56,835 nucleotides of DNA, from IMG/VR virus record IMGVR_UViG_3300001751_000003, positions 1 to 56,835 of that record; one strand, 5' to 3'. Positions 9,541-19,581 of the stretch are shown here, one piece after another. The translations under genes and the position numbers were made by a program. The notes under the pieces were generated by a model. That model searched no databases and was not told where the DNA came from. It worked only from the letters and a program-made list of their open reading frames with translations. This DNA is from a virus (taxonomy: Duplodnaviria > Caudoviricetes). How positions within the stretch are numbered: the stretch's first letter is position 1; each line of letters starts with the position of its first letter.

Positions 9541-11040
9541 ATGGCATTTTTGCATCCAAAAAGTAATTTCCCACCAAAAGATTGGAATTTTTGGTTTCTA
9601 AAGTATAATGAATGGGCTGTTTGGTATTCTGGCGATCCACAGCAATTATTAGAATTTTATACAAAAACAGCCGCAGGAATTGATGGAACTAAAGAAAAGT
9701 TTTGGGCAAGATTAGAAGCCGAAGAAAGAAATGGAATAGTACATTTTCCATTAGCTGGTGATATTTGCGGAACTTCGGCGGATTTATTATTTTCTGAGAG
9801 TCCAATATTTAAATATGATGAAAAAGTTAAGGGAGGACAAAGACTAAATGATATTTTAGCTAAAAATGGTTTTAATAGTATTCTTTTGGAAGGTGCGGAA
9901 ATGTCTGCGGCTTTGTCAGGTTGTATTTTAAAGCTAGACATAGCACCACAATTGGAAAATGTACCAATTGTACACATTGTCAATCCATTACAGTTTATTC
10001 CGACGTTTTGGTGGGGAAGACTTTGGGAAGTATTGTTTTTTAGAATAGTAAAACAAACAGATAGTAAGATATATAGATTATTTGAGAATCGAAGAAGGGA
10101 AGGGAATTCACTTATAATAGAATTCAAGCTAAATGAAGGTACACATAATAAAGTTGGAAGAGAAGTTGATTTGGACTATTTATCGGAAACTCAAAATTTA
10201 AAACTATCTCAATTTACAGAATATAAAAACATGAATGGACTAGGTTGTGTTTATGTTCCAAACATGAGACCCAATAAATTGGATGTTGGAAATACTTTAG
10301 GAATAAATGATTATTCAGGCGAAATAAGTCTTTTAGATTCTCTGGACTTTGCATGGACAAGTTGGATGCGTGACATAGAGTTAGGAATGGGGCAAATTTT
10401 CGTTGATGAAGAATTACTCCATACATCAAAGACAGATGTTAATGGAACCGATGTATTCTTAAATAAATTTAGTAAATTTCAAAAATCATTTATTAAGCTT
10501 AACCTAACAAATTGGAAAATGGGTGGCGAGAGTGGCGCAAAGCCAATTGATGCGGTACAACTTGATATAAGAGTTGATGAACATATGAAAACATGTTCGG
10601 AGCTATCCCAGCATATAGTTAGTTTATGTGGATATTCACCACAAACATTTGGATTTGGAGACTTTGGGAATGCTCAATCTGGAACTGCATTAAAAATTAG
10701 GGAAAATAAGTCTCAGAAAACAAGATCAAAAAAGGAAAAATATTTTAGACCTGCAATATTGAAACTGATGGAACAAGCTCAAAATTTTGATAAGTCAAGT
10801 GGATTATCTTCTAACTATGAAAATGTTGATATGAGTGTAGAAATAGAAGATTCTATTATGACAGATAGCAAAGAAGTATCGGAAACAATCAGAAATTTAT
10901 ATCAGGCAAAGGCCATAAGCAATTACATGAAAGTAAAACTACAGCATCCCGATTGGGATGATATTAAAATAAATGAAGAAGTTGACAAGATCAATAAGGA
11001 AGAAGGAATAACAAGTGAAATAATAGAAACTGAGGTTTAG
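9541..11040 (+). CDS. Portal protein (SPP1 gp6/A118-like)
   Basis: Follows TerL; SADLLFSE, CGYSPQTFG, SGTALKIRE motifs; 499 aa. Confidence 0.85.
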   Translation: MAFLHPKSNFPPKDWNFWFLKYNEWAVWYSGDPQQLLEFYTKTAAGIDGTKEKFWARLEAEERNGIVHFPLAGDICGTSADLLFSESPIFKYDEKVKGGQRLNDILAKNGFNSILLEGAEMSAALSGCILKLDIAPQLENVPIVHIVNPLQFIPTFWWGRLWEVLFFRIVKQTDSKIYRLFENRRREGNSLIIEFKLNEGTHNKVGREVDLDYLSETQNLKLSQFTEYKNMNGLGCVYVPNMRPNKLDVGNTLGINDYSGEISLLDSLDFAWTSWMRDIELGMGQIFVDEELLHTSKTDVNGTDVFLNKFSKFQKSFIKLNLTNWKMGGESGAKPIDAVQLDIRVDEHMKTCSELSQHIVSLCGYSPQTFGFGDFGNAQSGTALKIRENKSQKTRSKKEKYFRPAILKLMEQAQNFDKSSGLSSNYENVDMSVEIEDSIMTDSKEVSETIRNLYQAKAISNYMKVKLQHPDWDDIKINEEVDKINKEEGITSEIIETEV

Positions 11041-11068
11041 GAAAAATTTTTCCTAAACCTTGTTTTTT
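11033..11068 (+). terminator. 28-bp perfect palindrome plus T tract after portal
   Basis: aggtttaggaaaaa/tttttcctaaacct. Confidence 0.5.
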
Positions 11069-11094
11069 ATAAATTTTTATAATACAATTCTTAG

Positions 11095-11592
11095 ATGGAG
11101 GTTAAAATGAAAAAACAAAATGATGTTATAAAATTCAAATGGGAAACTGATAAAGAATATGAGTATAGGAATAATATTTATTTATTTTCTGATAAATTAA
11201 ATAAAATATTAGGAGATTTAGAAAATTTGGCAAAACAAAGCTTGCCGAATTATCAACCAATGCTCGACAAGATCAGAAGCAATTATGGCAGATTTATTAA
11301 ATTATTAGTTCCTGATTGTTATAAAGATTTTCATACCATTTATAAAAGCGGACTTGAATATTATATGAAAGGACTAGTAATTTTGGTTAATACTTTCATT
11401 GATAAAAAAGAAAACAAACTTCACGATAATGATAAAAATGTAATTGCTAAAATTACAAAAGCCGGTAATTTTTTTCAAGCTGGCGATGCATATTTTAGAA
11501 TTGCCAATACAAAGAATTTTGAATTATTTGAAAAACAACAAATAAAATATCATGAAGAACAAGAAAAACAAAAAAATAAGGTGAAGAAATGA
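11095..11592 (+). CDS. Hypothetical protein
   Basis: ORF with GGAGG RBS (likely start 11107), coupled to the minor capsid gene. Confidence 0.55.
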   Translation: MEVKMKKQNDVIKFKWETDKEYEYRNNIYLFSDKLNKILGDLENLAKQSLPNYQPMLDKIRSNYGRFIKLLVPDCYKDFHTIYKSGLEYYMKGLVILVNTFIDKKENKLHDNDKNVIAKITKAGNFFQAGDAYFRIANTKNFELFEKQQIKYHEEQEKQKNKVKK

Positions 11593-12767
11593 ACATTGAT
11601 AGATATGAAGATTACGGAAAAAATTTATATTTGTCTGCTCAAAATGTAGTTTTTGGAATGCTGATTGCTACAAAAAAATTACTAGAAAAAATAAATAATG
11701 ATCCCACAAATGTTACTAATTATAAAAAAGCGTATATTACAGAAGTCACAACAATTGCCAAAACATTCAATAAAGATTGGAAAAGTTGGGCAAACAAAGA
11801 TTTAGCAAAAGCATATATCGCAGGAATAAACCATGCAAAAGCAGATTTAAAATATAATAATTTATCTTTATCAATTATAAAGAGCATCAAAAATGGATCT
11901 TTTTTAATTGAAAGTCCACCACCAATTTCAATCCCAGCATTAAGCAGCGAGACTTTATCATTATTTAAAAATATATCTGAACATGTACCTTTCTATAAAA
12001 CTTTTAGAGATGCAGCATATTACAACTTAGATAATCAGCCAATTCAAATACTAAGAAAAGCTGAGGATATTTATCGAAATGCAGCTATACAAGCAGGTGA
12101 GAAGTATTTCAAAGAAGGTGATATTTACACAAGGATAAAATACTCTCAAGAAATGATGGATCAACTAGCAAAACAGGGAATTCAAACTATAACTTATAAA
12201 AATGGAGCAAAATATTCAATAGATACTTATTGCGAAATGGTCGGTCGTACTGTCTCAGGTAGATGCTCTTTACAGGCTAATTTAAATCGTTATTTTGAAA
12301 GCGGATTTACTTTGGTTGTTGTCTCTTCTCATTTTAGAGCTTGTGATCTATGCACTCCATACGAGGGCGTAACTTTAAGTATAGAACGTCATCCAGCCTA
12401 TGAAAGCGTGGATGATGCTGAAACACAGGGACTTTTTCATTGTAATTGTAAACATGATGTAAGTCTATGGTTTGAAGGTAAAGAACCATTGCCGCCACGA
12501 GTTGATCAAGCTGAACAACAATTAATTGACGAATATGGCTATAATGAAGCTCAAAAAATATCTTATAATGCTCAGTTAAGACAAAGAGCAATAGAACGAA
12601 ATATTCGCAATTGGAAAAGAAGATCAGTTGGAAGTCTTGATAATAATGTTAAAAATATTGCCGATAATAAAGTTAAATATTGGCAAAAAGAGCAAAGAGA
12701 ACATTTAAAAGATAATACGTTCCTTAATAGAAATTATGCTAGGGAACAAATTGGGAAGGCTCATTAA
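11589..12767 (+). CDS. Phage minor capsid protein (Phage_min_cap2 / gp7-like)
   Basis: VSSH..AC.LC.PYEG, GLFHCNCKH, QRAIERNIRNWK, RNYARE. Confidence 0.85.
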   Translation: MNIDRYEDYGKNLYLSAQNVVFGMLIATKKLLEKINNDPTNVTNYKKAYITEVTTIAKTFNKDWKSWANKDLAKAYIAGINHAKADLKYNNLSLSIIKSIKNGSFLIESPPPISIPALSSETLSLFKNISEHVPFYKTFRDAAYYNLDNQPIQILRKAEDIYRNAAIQAGEKYFKEGDIYTRIKYSQEMMDQLAKQGIQTITYKNGAKYSIDTYCEMVGRTVSGRCSLQANLNRYFESGFTLVVVSSHFRACDLCTPYEGVTLSIERHPAYESVDDAETQGLFHCNCKHDVSLWFEGKEPLPPRVDQAEQQLIDEYGYNEAQKISYNAQLRQRAIERNIRNWKRRSVGSLDNNVKNIADNKVKYWQKEQREHLKDNTFLNRNYAREQIGKAH

Positions 12768-12793
12768 ATTATGATACTTATTTTTAAAGACTA

Positions 12794-12822
12794 TTGACAT
12801 AAATATTCTAAAAGAATAAAAT
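12794..12822 (+). promoter_or_regulatory. sigmaA promoter at the start of the glycan island, with a direct repeat
   Basis: TTGACA(12794)-17 bp-TAAAAT(12817); aaatattctaaaa repeated at 12801 and 12828. Confidence 0.6.
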
Positions 12823-12857
12823 TGAACAAATATTCTAAAAAGAAAAGGATTAAATTT

Positions 12858-13646
12858 ATGTCAAAATTAGTATTATTAAAAAATAATCAACCATTAACAA
12901 CAAGTTTAATTGTCTCAGAAGAATTAAAAAGAACTCATAAAAGTATTACAAATTTATGTAAATATTATGAAGATTCTTTTAAAAAATTCGGAACTTTTGG
13001 AATTTCAAATTCTAAAAGTAAAGGGGGAAGACCAGAAAAATTTTATTATCTTAATGAACAACAATTGACATTTTTGATTATGATGTTGAGAGTTAAAAAA
13101 AATGAAAATGATAAAGTTTTAGAATTTAAAGAAAAAATTACTCAAGAATTTTTTAGAATGAAAAATTTGTTATTAAATTTATCTACTCAAAAAGCTAATC
13201 AAGAATGGTTGGAAGTTAGAAAAAAAGGTAAAATATCAAGATTAAAACAAACTGATATATTAAAAGAATTTAGACAATATGCAATTGATCAAGGTAGTAA
13301 AGGTTATATAAAGCAAGATAGAGTTTATTTGACTTTTACAAAAATGGAAAATGATAAATTATTTATAATTGATAAATTTATTGTTGAAGATTTAAAAAAG
13401 AAAAAGAAAAGTTTAAGAGATTTATTAAATATTAATCAATTAGATGAAGTAAAACAAGCTGACGAAATTATAATAAAAGCTTTGTTTGATGGAATGAATA
13501 AAAAAATGCATTATAAAGAAATTTATCAATTAGCAAAAAAAAGAGTTGAAATGTTTGTTGATTTAAAAGGTCAAAGTCCAATACCATCAATTGAATTTGA
13601 ATATCTTGGGAAAGAAAGGATAAAAGAATTAAATGGAAAATCTTAA
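12858..13646 (+). CDS. Rha family phage regulatory protein
   Basis: PLTTSLIVSEEL.R.HKSI, GGRPEKFYYLNEQQ.TFLI, EFK..ITQEFFRM. Confidence 0.8.
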   Translation: MSKLVLLKNNQPLTTSLIVSEELKRTHKSITNLCKYYEDSFKKFGTFGISNSKSKGGRPEKFYYLNEQQLTFLIMMLRVKKNENDKVLEFKEKITQEFFRMKNLLLNLSTQKANQEWLEVRKKGKISRLKQTDILKEFRQYAIDQGSKGYIKQDRVYLTFTKMENDKLFIIDKFIVEDLKKKKKSLRDLLNINQLDEVKQADEIIIKALFDGMNKKMHYKEIYQLAKKRVEMFVDLKGQSPIPSIEFEYLGKERIKELNGKS

Positions 13647-14046
13647 AGAAAAATTATTAAATGATAAAGAATTATTAAGAATATCAGTTAAAGAAAATTC
13701 TCAATTTAGCACAGCCGATCTATTAAATATTGTGGCTGATTTGATAGATTATACTTTAAATAATAATTTAGATAATAAAAATATAGGTTTAGATGATTGC
13801 AATCAAATGGATATAAATATAATTAAAAAATTAATGCAGTTAGAAGAAGATAAGAAAAATTCAAGAACTAAAAAAGATAATTTTAAGTCAGAATTTAATA
13901 ATTATCAAAAAAGATATCAATTAAATCAACTTCAAGATTTAATTAACAAATATAAAAAAGAAAAAGAATCTATGATTGATTCTTTAGATAATTTATTAAG
14001 TAATGTTATTTGTGATTTTGAAAATTTAAAAAGAGAAATTATTTAA
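13633..14046 (+). CDS. Hypothetical coiled-coil protein
   Basis: 137-aa ORF coupled to Rha. Confidence 0.5.
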   Translation: MENLKEKLLNDKELLRISVKENSQFSTADLLNIVADLIDYTLNNNLDNKNIGLDDCNQMDINIIKKLMQLEEDKKNSRTKKDNFKSEFNNYQKRYQLNQLQDLINKYKKEKESMIDSLDNLLSNVICDFENLKREII

Positions 14047-14058
14047 AAGGAGAAATTA

Positions 14059-15018
14059 ATGAATAAGTTTTATAAGAAAGTCCTAATAACAGGTGGAACA
14101 GGAACACTTGGCAAAGAACTTACAAAACAATTATTAAATAGTGATAAATATATCAAAAAAATTTATATTTATTCTAGAGATGAATATAAACAATCAGAAA
14201 TGAAAAAAGAATTTAAAAATAATCCAAAACTATCTTTTTTTATTGGTGATATAAGAGACAAAGATCGATTATATAGAGCATTTAATGAAATTGATTATGT
14301 AATACATGCAGCCGCTCAAAAGCATGTTCCTTCATGCGAATATAATCCTTTTGAAGCTGTTAAAACAAATGTTATTGGATCAGCAAATATAATTGATGCG
14401 GCTATTGACCAAAAAGTTAAAAAAGTTTTGACAATTTCAACTGATAAAGCTGTAAATCCTATAAATCTCTATGGTTGTACAAAAGCATGTATGGAAAAGA
14501 TGTTTATTGATGGAAATAATTATTCAGGTGATAATTCAACAATATTTTCGGTTGTAAGATATGGAAATGTTATTGGTTCTAGAGGTTCAGTAATTCCATT
14601 TTTCAAGAAAATAGCCAAAGAAGGTGGTAAGTTTCCTTTAACTGATTCCAAAATGACTAGATTTTGGACAACTGTAGACAATGCCGCAAAATTTGTATTA
14701 AGTTCTCTTGAATCTATGAAAGGTCAAGAAATATTTATACCTAAGTTACCCACTTTAAAAATAATTGATTTAATAAAAGCAATAAAAGAAAATGCTGAAA
14801 TAGATATTATAGGGCTAAGAAAAGGTGAAAAAATTCATGAAATATTAATCAGTTATGAAGAATCAAGAAATATAGTAATTTATGATGATTTTTACAAGAT
14901 TTCTTATAAAAAACTGCCAGAATCATGGATCAATCACAATCAATTTGAATATTCTAGTAGTAACAAAGATAATGTTTTGAGTATTGAAGAAATGAGGAAA
15001 ATGTTAAATGAATTGTAG
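14059..15018 (+). CDS. pseB: UDP-N-acetylglucosamine 4,6-dehydratase (inverting)
   Basis: ITGGTG, YSRDE.KQ, HAAAQKHVP.CEYNPFEAVKTN, STDKAVNPINLYG.TK, RYGNV.GSRGSVIPFF, MTRFW, GEKIHE. Confidence 0.92.
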   Translation: MNKFYKKVLITGGTGTLGKELTKQLLNSDKYIKKIYIYSRDEYKQSEMKKEFKNNPKLSFFIGDIRDKDRLYRAFNEIDYVIHAAAQKHVPSCEYNPFEAVKTNVIGSANIIDAAIDQKVKKVLTISTDKAVNPINLYGCTKACMEKMFIDGNNYSGDNSTIFSVVRYGNVIGSRGSVIPFFKKIAKEGGKFPLTDSKMTRFWTTVDNAAKFVLSSLESMKGQEIFIPKLPTLKIIDLIKAIKENAEIDIIGLRKGEKIHEILISYEESRNIVIYDDFYKISYKKLPESWINHNQFEYSSSNKDNVLSIEEMRKMLNEL

Positions 15019-15238
15019 GGAAATGACTCATGGAGAATTAAAAATTGAATTTAGTAAAAAATCTATTGAGAATGAAAACCTTAAAATTACTAATGAATTA
15101 TTATTAGATAATATAAAAAGATTAAGGGAACAAGTTCTTGAACTAGAACAAAGAAACAATGAATTAATCGATAGATTTAGTTCAATAAAAGAACAAGATG
15201 TCGAAAGAAAAAAGGAGAGAATCTTTAATAATGATTAA
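15008..15238 (+). CDS. Hypothetical coiled-coil protein
   Basis: 76-aa ORF overlapping the pseB stop and pseC start. Confidence 0.45.
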   Translation: MNCREMTHGELKIEFSKKSIENENLKITNELLLDNIKRLREQVLELEQRNNELIDRFSSIKEQDVERKKERIFNND

Positions 15239-16310
15239 TTATGCCAAACATTATATAGATTTTTATGATAAAGCGGAAATTTTATCCGTTTTGGATAGTA
15301 ATCATATAACTCAAGGACCAATGATTGAACGATTTGAAAAAGCTTTGACAGATTATACAGCTTATAATTATTGCAAAACTTTAAGCAGTGGAACTGCCGC
15401 CTTACATGCCGCATGTTATGCAATTGGCATTAAATCAGGTGATGAAGTAATTATTCCAACAATTTCATTTGTAGCTACTGCCAATTGTATAACTTATTGT
15501 GGGGGAAATCCTGTTTTTGCTGATATTGATCCAGATACACTTTTAATTGATATTGAGAGCATAAAAAAACATATAACATCTAAAACAAAGGCAATAATAT
15601 CAATGGATTATGCCGGTCAATTATGTGATTATAAAGCAATTAAAGAAATTTGTGATAAAAATAATTTATATTTCATAAGCGATTCTTGTCATTCATTTGG
15701 TGGAATCAATTATTTAGCTGAAAATCAAATCCCAGATATTGTTTGTTATTCATTCCATCCAGCAAAACACATAACAACAGGCGAGGGTGGAGCATGTTTA
15801 ACAAATAATTATATTTTTGATTTAACAATTAAAAGATTTAGAAATCATGGAAGAGATGAAAAGGGTATAATGCAACAACTAGGATTTAATTATAGAATGT
15901 CTGATATTAACGCCGCTTTGGGATTAAGTCAATTAGAAGATAAGCATCTTAAATTCACAAGTAAAAGATATAAAATCGTTGATAGATATGATCTTGAACT
16001 AAAATGTAGCAAGTTAAAGAACGTAGATAAAAGAATTCATGTTTATCATTTATATGTTATAAAAGTAAATAAAAGAAAAAAATTCATCGAATTCATGAGA
16101 AATAATGGAATTCAATGTGTTGTACATTTCAAACCAATTTACGAACATATGTATTATTTTAAAACTGAGTTAAATTATAGTTTAACTTATCCTAATACAG
16201 AAAAAATAAAAAATAATATAGTTAGTATACCATTATTTTATTCATTAATGGAAGCCGATCAAACTCATATTATTAATTGTATAAATAATTTTGTAAAAAT
16301 CAATGATTGA
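15231..16310 (+). CDS. pseC: DegT/DnrJ/EryC1/StrS PLP aminotransferase, PseC-like
   Basis: ITQGP, SSGTAALH, SFVATAN, DSCHS, SFHPAKHITTGEGG (catalytic Lys), LGFNYRMSD. Confidence 0.88.
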   Translation: MINYAKHYIDFYDKAEILSVLDSNHITQGPMIERFEKALTDYTAYNYCKTLSSGTAALHAACYAIGIKSGDEVIIPTISFVATANCITYCGGNPVFADIDPDTLLIDIESIKKHITSKTKAIISMDYAGQLCDYKAIKEICDKNNLYFISDSCHSFGGINYLAENQIPDIVCYSFHPAKHITTGEGGACLTNNYIFDLTIKRFRNHGRDEKGIMQQLGFNYRMSDINAALGLSQLEDKHLKFTSKRYKIVDRYDLELKCSKLKNVDKRIHVYHLYVIKVNKRKKFIEFMRNNGIQCVVHFKPIYEHMYYFKTELNYSLTYPNTEKIKNNIVSIPLFYSLMEADQTHIINCINNFVKIND

Positions 16311-16473
16311 TAAAATTAATAATTACTATGTTTTGGTTTGTGATGGTTGCGGTGAAAGTGAAAGTTTTGATTCATTTGAGGAAGCTGTTGACTTTGCTAA
16401 AAACAATGATTGGCAATTTAAAAAAGTAAATGGAGAATGGGAAAATTATTGTATTGATTGCAGTGAGGAATAA
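16303..16473 (+). CDS. Small zinc-finger protein (56 aa; below the ORF track cutoff)
   Basis: MIDKINNYYVLVCDGCGE...ENYCIDCSEE, two CxxC motifs. Confidence 0.6.
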   Translation: MIDKINNYYVLVCDGCGESESFDSFEEAVDFAKNNDWQFKKVNGEWENYCIDCSEE

Positions 16474-16481
16474 GAGAAATA

Positions 16482-16676
16482 ATGAAATTAATAATTTTTA
16501 TTATATTTACTTTGTTATATATATATGGAAATTATTCGTATATAAAAAAACATAAAAAATTGGAAAAACAAATAAAAGAATGGAGAATAAATTCAATGTT
16601 TGAAAAAGAAGGATATGAAAAGAATTTTGATTATGAAGAATTTAAGAAAATGAAAAAAAAATTAATAGTCTTATAG
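16482..16676 (+). CDS. Small membrane protein
   Basis: N-terminal hydrophobic helix. Confidence 0.4.
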   Translation: MKLIIFIIFTLLYIYGNYSYIKKHKKLEKQIKEWRINSMFEKEGYEKNFDYEEFKKMKKKLIVL

Positions 16677-16779
16677 AAGAAAATAGAAAATTAAAATATG
16701 AGAATGAATTTTTAATATCTAAGATGAATTTAATAAATTCTGTGGCTGATAATGCAATAAATTTTAGGGAGCAAAAATA

Positions 16780-17097
16780 ATGAAACCAAGTGATAGAAAT
16801 ATTAGAGAGTATCTTTTAAAGAAAGATTTAATCAAATTTTTAAATAAGAATCTATTAAAATATAACATTTCGCTTGTTGAGGAATTTGTTACTATTTTTA
16901 ATGGATTTAAGCATTATTCAATTATTTTAATAGATAATTCTTATGATGAATTTATTTATAATAGTAAAACAAAATCTTTATCTATTAGTAAAAACAAATC
17001 GAATTTAAATATAGAATATATACAAAAACATTTAAATGATTTACTGAAATTAGAAAACTATTTAAATAGTTTTTTTGAAGAAAAAAAATTAAAATAA
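16780..17097 (+). CDS. Hypothetical protein
   Basis: 105-aa ORF with GGGAG RBS. Confidence 0.45.
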   Translation: MKPSDRNIREYLLKKDLIKFLNKNLLKYNISLVEEFVTIFNGFKHYSIILIDNSYDEFIYNSKTKSLSISKNKSNLNIEYIQKHLNDLLKLENYLNSFFEEKKLK

Positions 17098-17116
17098 AAA
17101 AGGAGAATTTTTAATT

Positions 17117-17713
17117 ATGCAAAATGCAAGAAATTATAATAATGAATGGGAAAAATATTTTGGAATTAAAGAAATAGAGGCAATTCCAATGACTTATGGA
17201 GAATATCAAGAAATGAAATATAAGGATAATAAATTTATATCGTCTATACCCCAAGATAGTGAAGGATATGCTATAAAGTATGAAGATAATTATATTTCAT
17301 GGAGTCCAAAAAAAGCTTTCAGATTTTATAAGAAAATCAATGGTAATTTGTCAAAGGTTTCTTTAACTGATTTGGGGGAAGAATTATTAACGGAAGATCA
17401 TACCTATATAGTACATGACGAAATAGTTAATAATGCACCGCACAATTATTTAATAAGAAATAAAGATAATCATGATATTTTAGCAGGAATACATTTTCAA
17501 TGTGGTCATGTTAATGAAGTTGATTTAAACGGAATCTTTTTACCTGACATGATAGCCGTTTGCATTAATATGATAGAACATTTTCAAAATTCAGATTTTA
17601 AATGTAAAGAAAATGATATTGCAATAGATGGTTTGAAAGCGGCTATAACAGCATTAAGAGCAAGAACTAATAGCAGAAAAGAAAGAGGAGTGCATGGAAA
17701 ATTTGAAAAATAA
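17117..17713 (+). CDS. tad1: Two-domain protein: N-terminal phage domain (KxIEAxPMT...EGY...YISWSPK) fused to a Tad1-like anti-Thoeris sponge
   Basis: C-terminal APHNYLI...IHFQCG...NGI..D....FQ...F.CKEN..A...L..A...L..R...R.ERGVHG matches the Tad1 pattern as I recall it. Confidence 0.7.
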   Translation: MQNARNYNNEWEKYFGIKEIEAIPMTYGEYQEMKYKDNKFISSIPQDSEGYAIKYEDNYISWSPKKAFRFYKKINGNLSKVSLTDLGEELLTEDHTYIVHDEIVNNAPHNYLIRNKDNHDILAGIHFQCGHVNEVDLNGIFLPDMIAVCINMIEHFQNSDFKCKENDIAIDGLKAAITALRARTNSRKERGVHGKFEK

Positions 17714-17718
17714 AAGGA

Positions 17719-18384
17719 GTGATTATATTGAGTCAAATAATTCTAGACTTTGGTAGTGGAAATACATGTAAAAATGAATCAAAATATATAAAAAGAATGT
17801 ATGATGAATTAAAAAAAATTGATACTCATAAGCATGAAGTTATAATTAAATGGCAATTATTTAGTGTTTGTGGTGGAAATATTCCATTAACTAAAGAATG
17901 TTTTGAATATGCCTGTTATTATGGCGATCAATTAGGATATAAAACTACTTCATCCGTTTTTGATAGAGAGACATTGAAATATTTATTATTATTTGATGTT
18001 CCTTTCGTAAAAATACCAAACAGGAGACATTTGGATTATTTGATCGATCTTGTACCTGAACATGTACCTGTATATGTTTCAAAATCAAGTTTGCTTGAAA
18101 TACAACATGAAGTAAAAAACATTGAAGGATATGGCTGTTTTTCAGCTCCTAGAACAGAAATGGAACAACTTTGGTGTATAAGTAAATATCCAGCACAAAT
18201 ACGTGATTATGAAAAATTAAAAATGCAAAGATATGATAATATTTCGGATCATACAAATAGTTTTGATTTGTTTTATAGATATGAGCCGAAGATAATTGAA
18301 TGGCATTATAAATTGAAAGATTCTACTGGTTTAGATGCGAGTGAATTTGCTAGAACTCCAGAACAACTAAAGGAAATATTATAA
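17719..18384 (+). CDS. Minimal NeuB/PseI-family nonulosonic acid synthase lacking the C-terminal SAF domain
   Basis: KWQ, SSVFD, VKI, CISKYP, SDHT, IIEWHY, GLD...TPEQ echo NeuB motifs KFQ, STPFD, CxSxYP, SDHT, IEKH, GPD. Confidence 0.75.
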   Translation: MIILSQIILDFGSGNTCKNESKYIKRMYDELKKIDTHKHEVIIKWQLFSVCGGNIPLTKECFEYACYYGDQLGYKTTSSVFDRETLKYLLLFDVPFVKIPNRRHLDYLIDLVPEHVPVYVSKSSLLEIQHEVKNIEGYGCFSAPRTEMEQLWCISKYPAQIRDYEKLKMQRYDNISDHTNSFDLFYRYEPKIIEWHYKLKDSTGLDASEFARTPEQLKEIL

Positions 18385-19049
18385 TGATAATAACATTGAT
18401 TCAAGCAAGAATGAAAAGCACAAGATTTCCAAACAAGTGCATAAAAGATATGGCTGGTATACCTATGACAGCTTATACAATAGAAGCGGCGAAAGCAAGT
18501 AAATTAAATCATTTTACAGGTTTGATATTTCCTGATTGTGATAAGCAAACTTTTTTTAATTTATTTTTTGATAAATGTTTTTGTTATGCTAGTAAAGCAA
18601 AGGAAGAAGATGTATTAACTAGATATTATGAGGCATTTAAATATATAAATAAAACTACCAAAGAAAATATAAATACTGTAGTTAGAATAACATCCGATTG
18701 TCCAATGTTGGCTTTCTATACTAGAGTAATTGATGAAACCATAAACAAACATTTAATAAATAATGCGGATTATACTCATAATAGAGGAATTCATGGTTTC
18801 CCTAGTGGTTTAGACGTTGAAGTAATGAAAAGCAGTGTTTTACAATATGTTCACGAGACAGCAAAGGAAAAAGAAGATAGGGAACATGTAACCTTATTTA
18901 TAAAAAAACATCCTGAACAATTTAAAATACATGAAGTTAACGCAATATTTAATTTTGATTATAAATGGAGTGTAGATACTCCGGGAGATTTTGTAAGGGT
19001 TGAAGATATTATTAAAATATTAAAAATAAGGAGAAGATATGAACGATAA
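18384..19049 (+). CDS. SpsF/PseF-type cytidylyltransferase (CMP-nonulosonate synthetase)
   Basis: IQARM.STRFP.K, EEDVL.RY, VRITSDCP, FPSGLDVE, REHVT, SVDTPGD. Confidence 0.85.
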   Translation: MIITLIQARMKSTRFPNKCIKDMAGIPMTAYTIEAAKASKLNHFTGLIFPDCDKQTFFNLFFDKCFCYASKAKEEDVLTRYYEAFKYINKTTKENINTVVRITSDCPMLAFYTRVIDETINKHLINNADYTHNRGIHGFPSGLDVEVMKSSVLQYVHETAKEKEDREHVTLFIKKHPEQFKIHEVNAIFNFDYKWSVDTPGDFVRVEDIIKILKIRRRYER

Positions 19050-19581
19050 TATTTATTTAGATACATTAGAATCGGAAAATTTAGAAATGTTGAGACAATG
19101 GAGGAATAAAAATTCAAGATATGGTGTTTATAGAACGCCATATCTACTTACTTATAATATGCAAAGAAAATTCTTTGATGATATTGTTAATGATAGAAAA
19201 AGTAATTCAAGATTTTTTGGAATATTCTTGAAAGAAATGAACACTATAAAAACTTTTGTGGGTTATTGTGGTCTTGATAATATTCAGTGGGAGAATGGAT
19301 TAGCTGAAATTGCTTTAACAATTGGACAAAATTATATAGGAAAAGGTTATGGCTCGACAGCTTTAGAGCTTATTTTAATTGAAGCTTTTAATAATATGAG
19401 GATTTATAATGTTTATGGGGAATGTTATAATTGTAATCCAAATTTAGCATTTTGGGAAAAAATGATTGATAAATATAATGCATATAAGACAATTTTACCT
19501 GATAGAAAGTTCTATGATAATCATTTATGGGATTCTATCTATTTTGATTTTAATTATTATAATTGGAAAAATGAATTATGA
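19039..19581 (+). CDS. GNAT N-acetyltransferase, PseH-like
   Basis: LEMLRQWRN, VGYCGL, AEI...IG...GKGYG acetyl-CoA motif. Confidence 0.75.
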   Translation: MNDNIYLDTLESENLEMLRQWRNKNSRYGVYRTPYLLTYNMQRKFFDDIVNDRKSNSRFFGIFLKEMNTIKTFVGYCGLDNIQWENGLAEIALTIGQNYIGKGYGSTALELILIEAFNNMRIYNVYGECYNCNPNLAFWEKMIDKYNAYKTILPDRKFYDNHLWDSIYFDFNYYNWKNEL

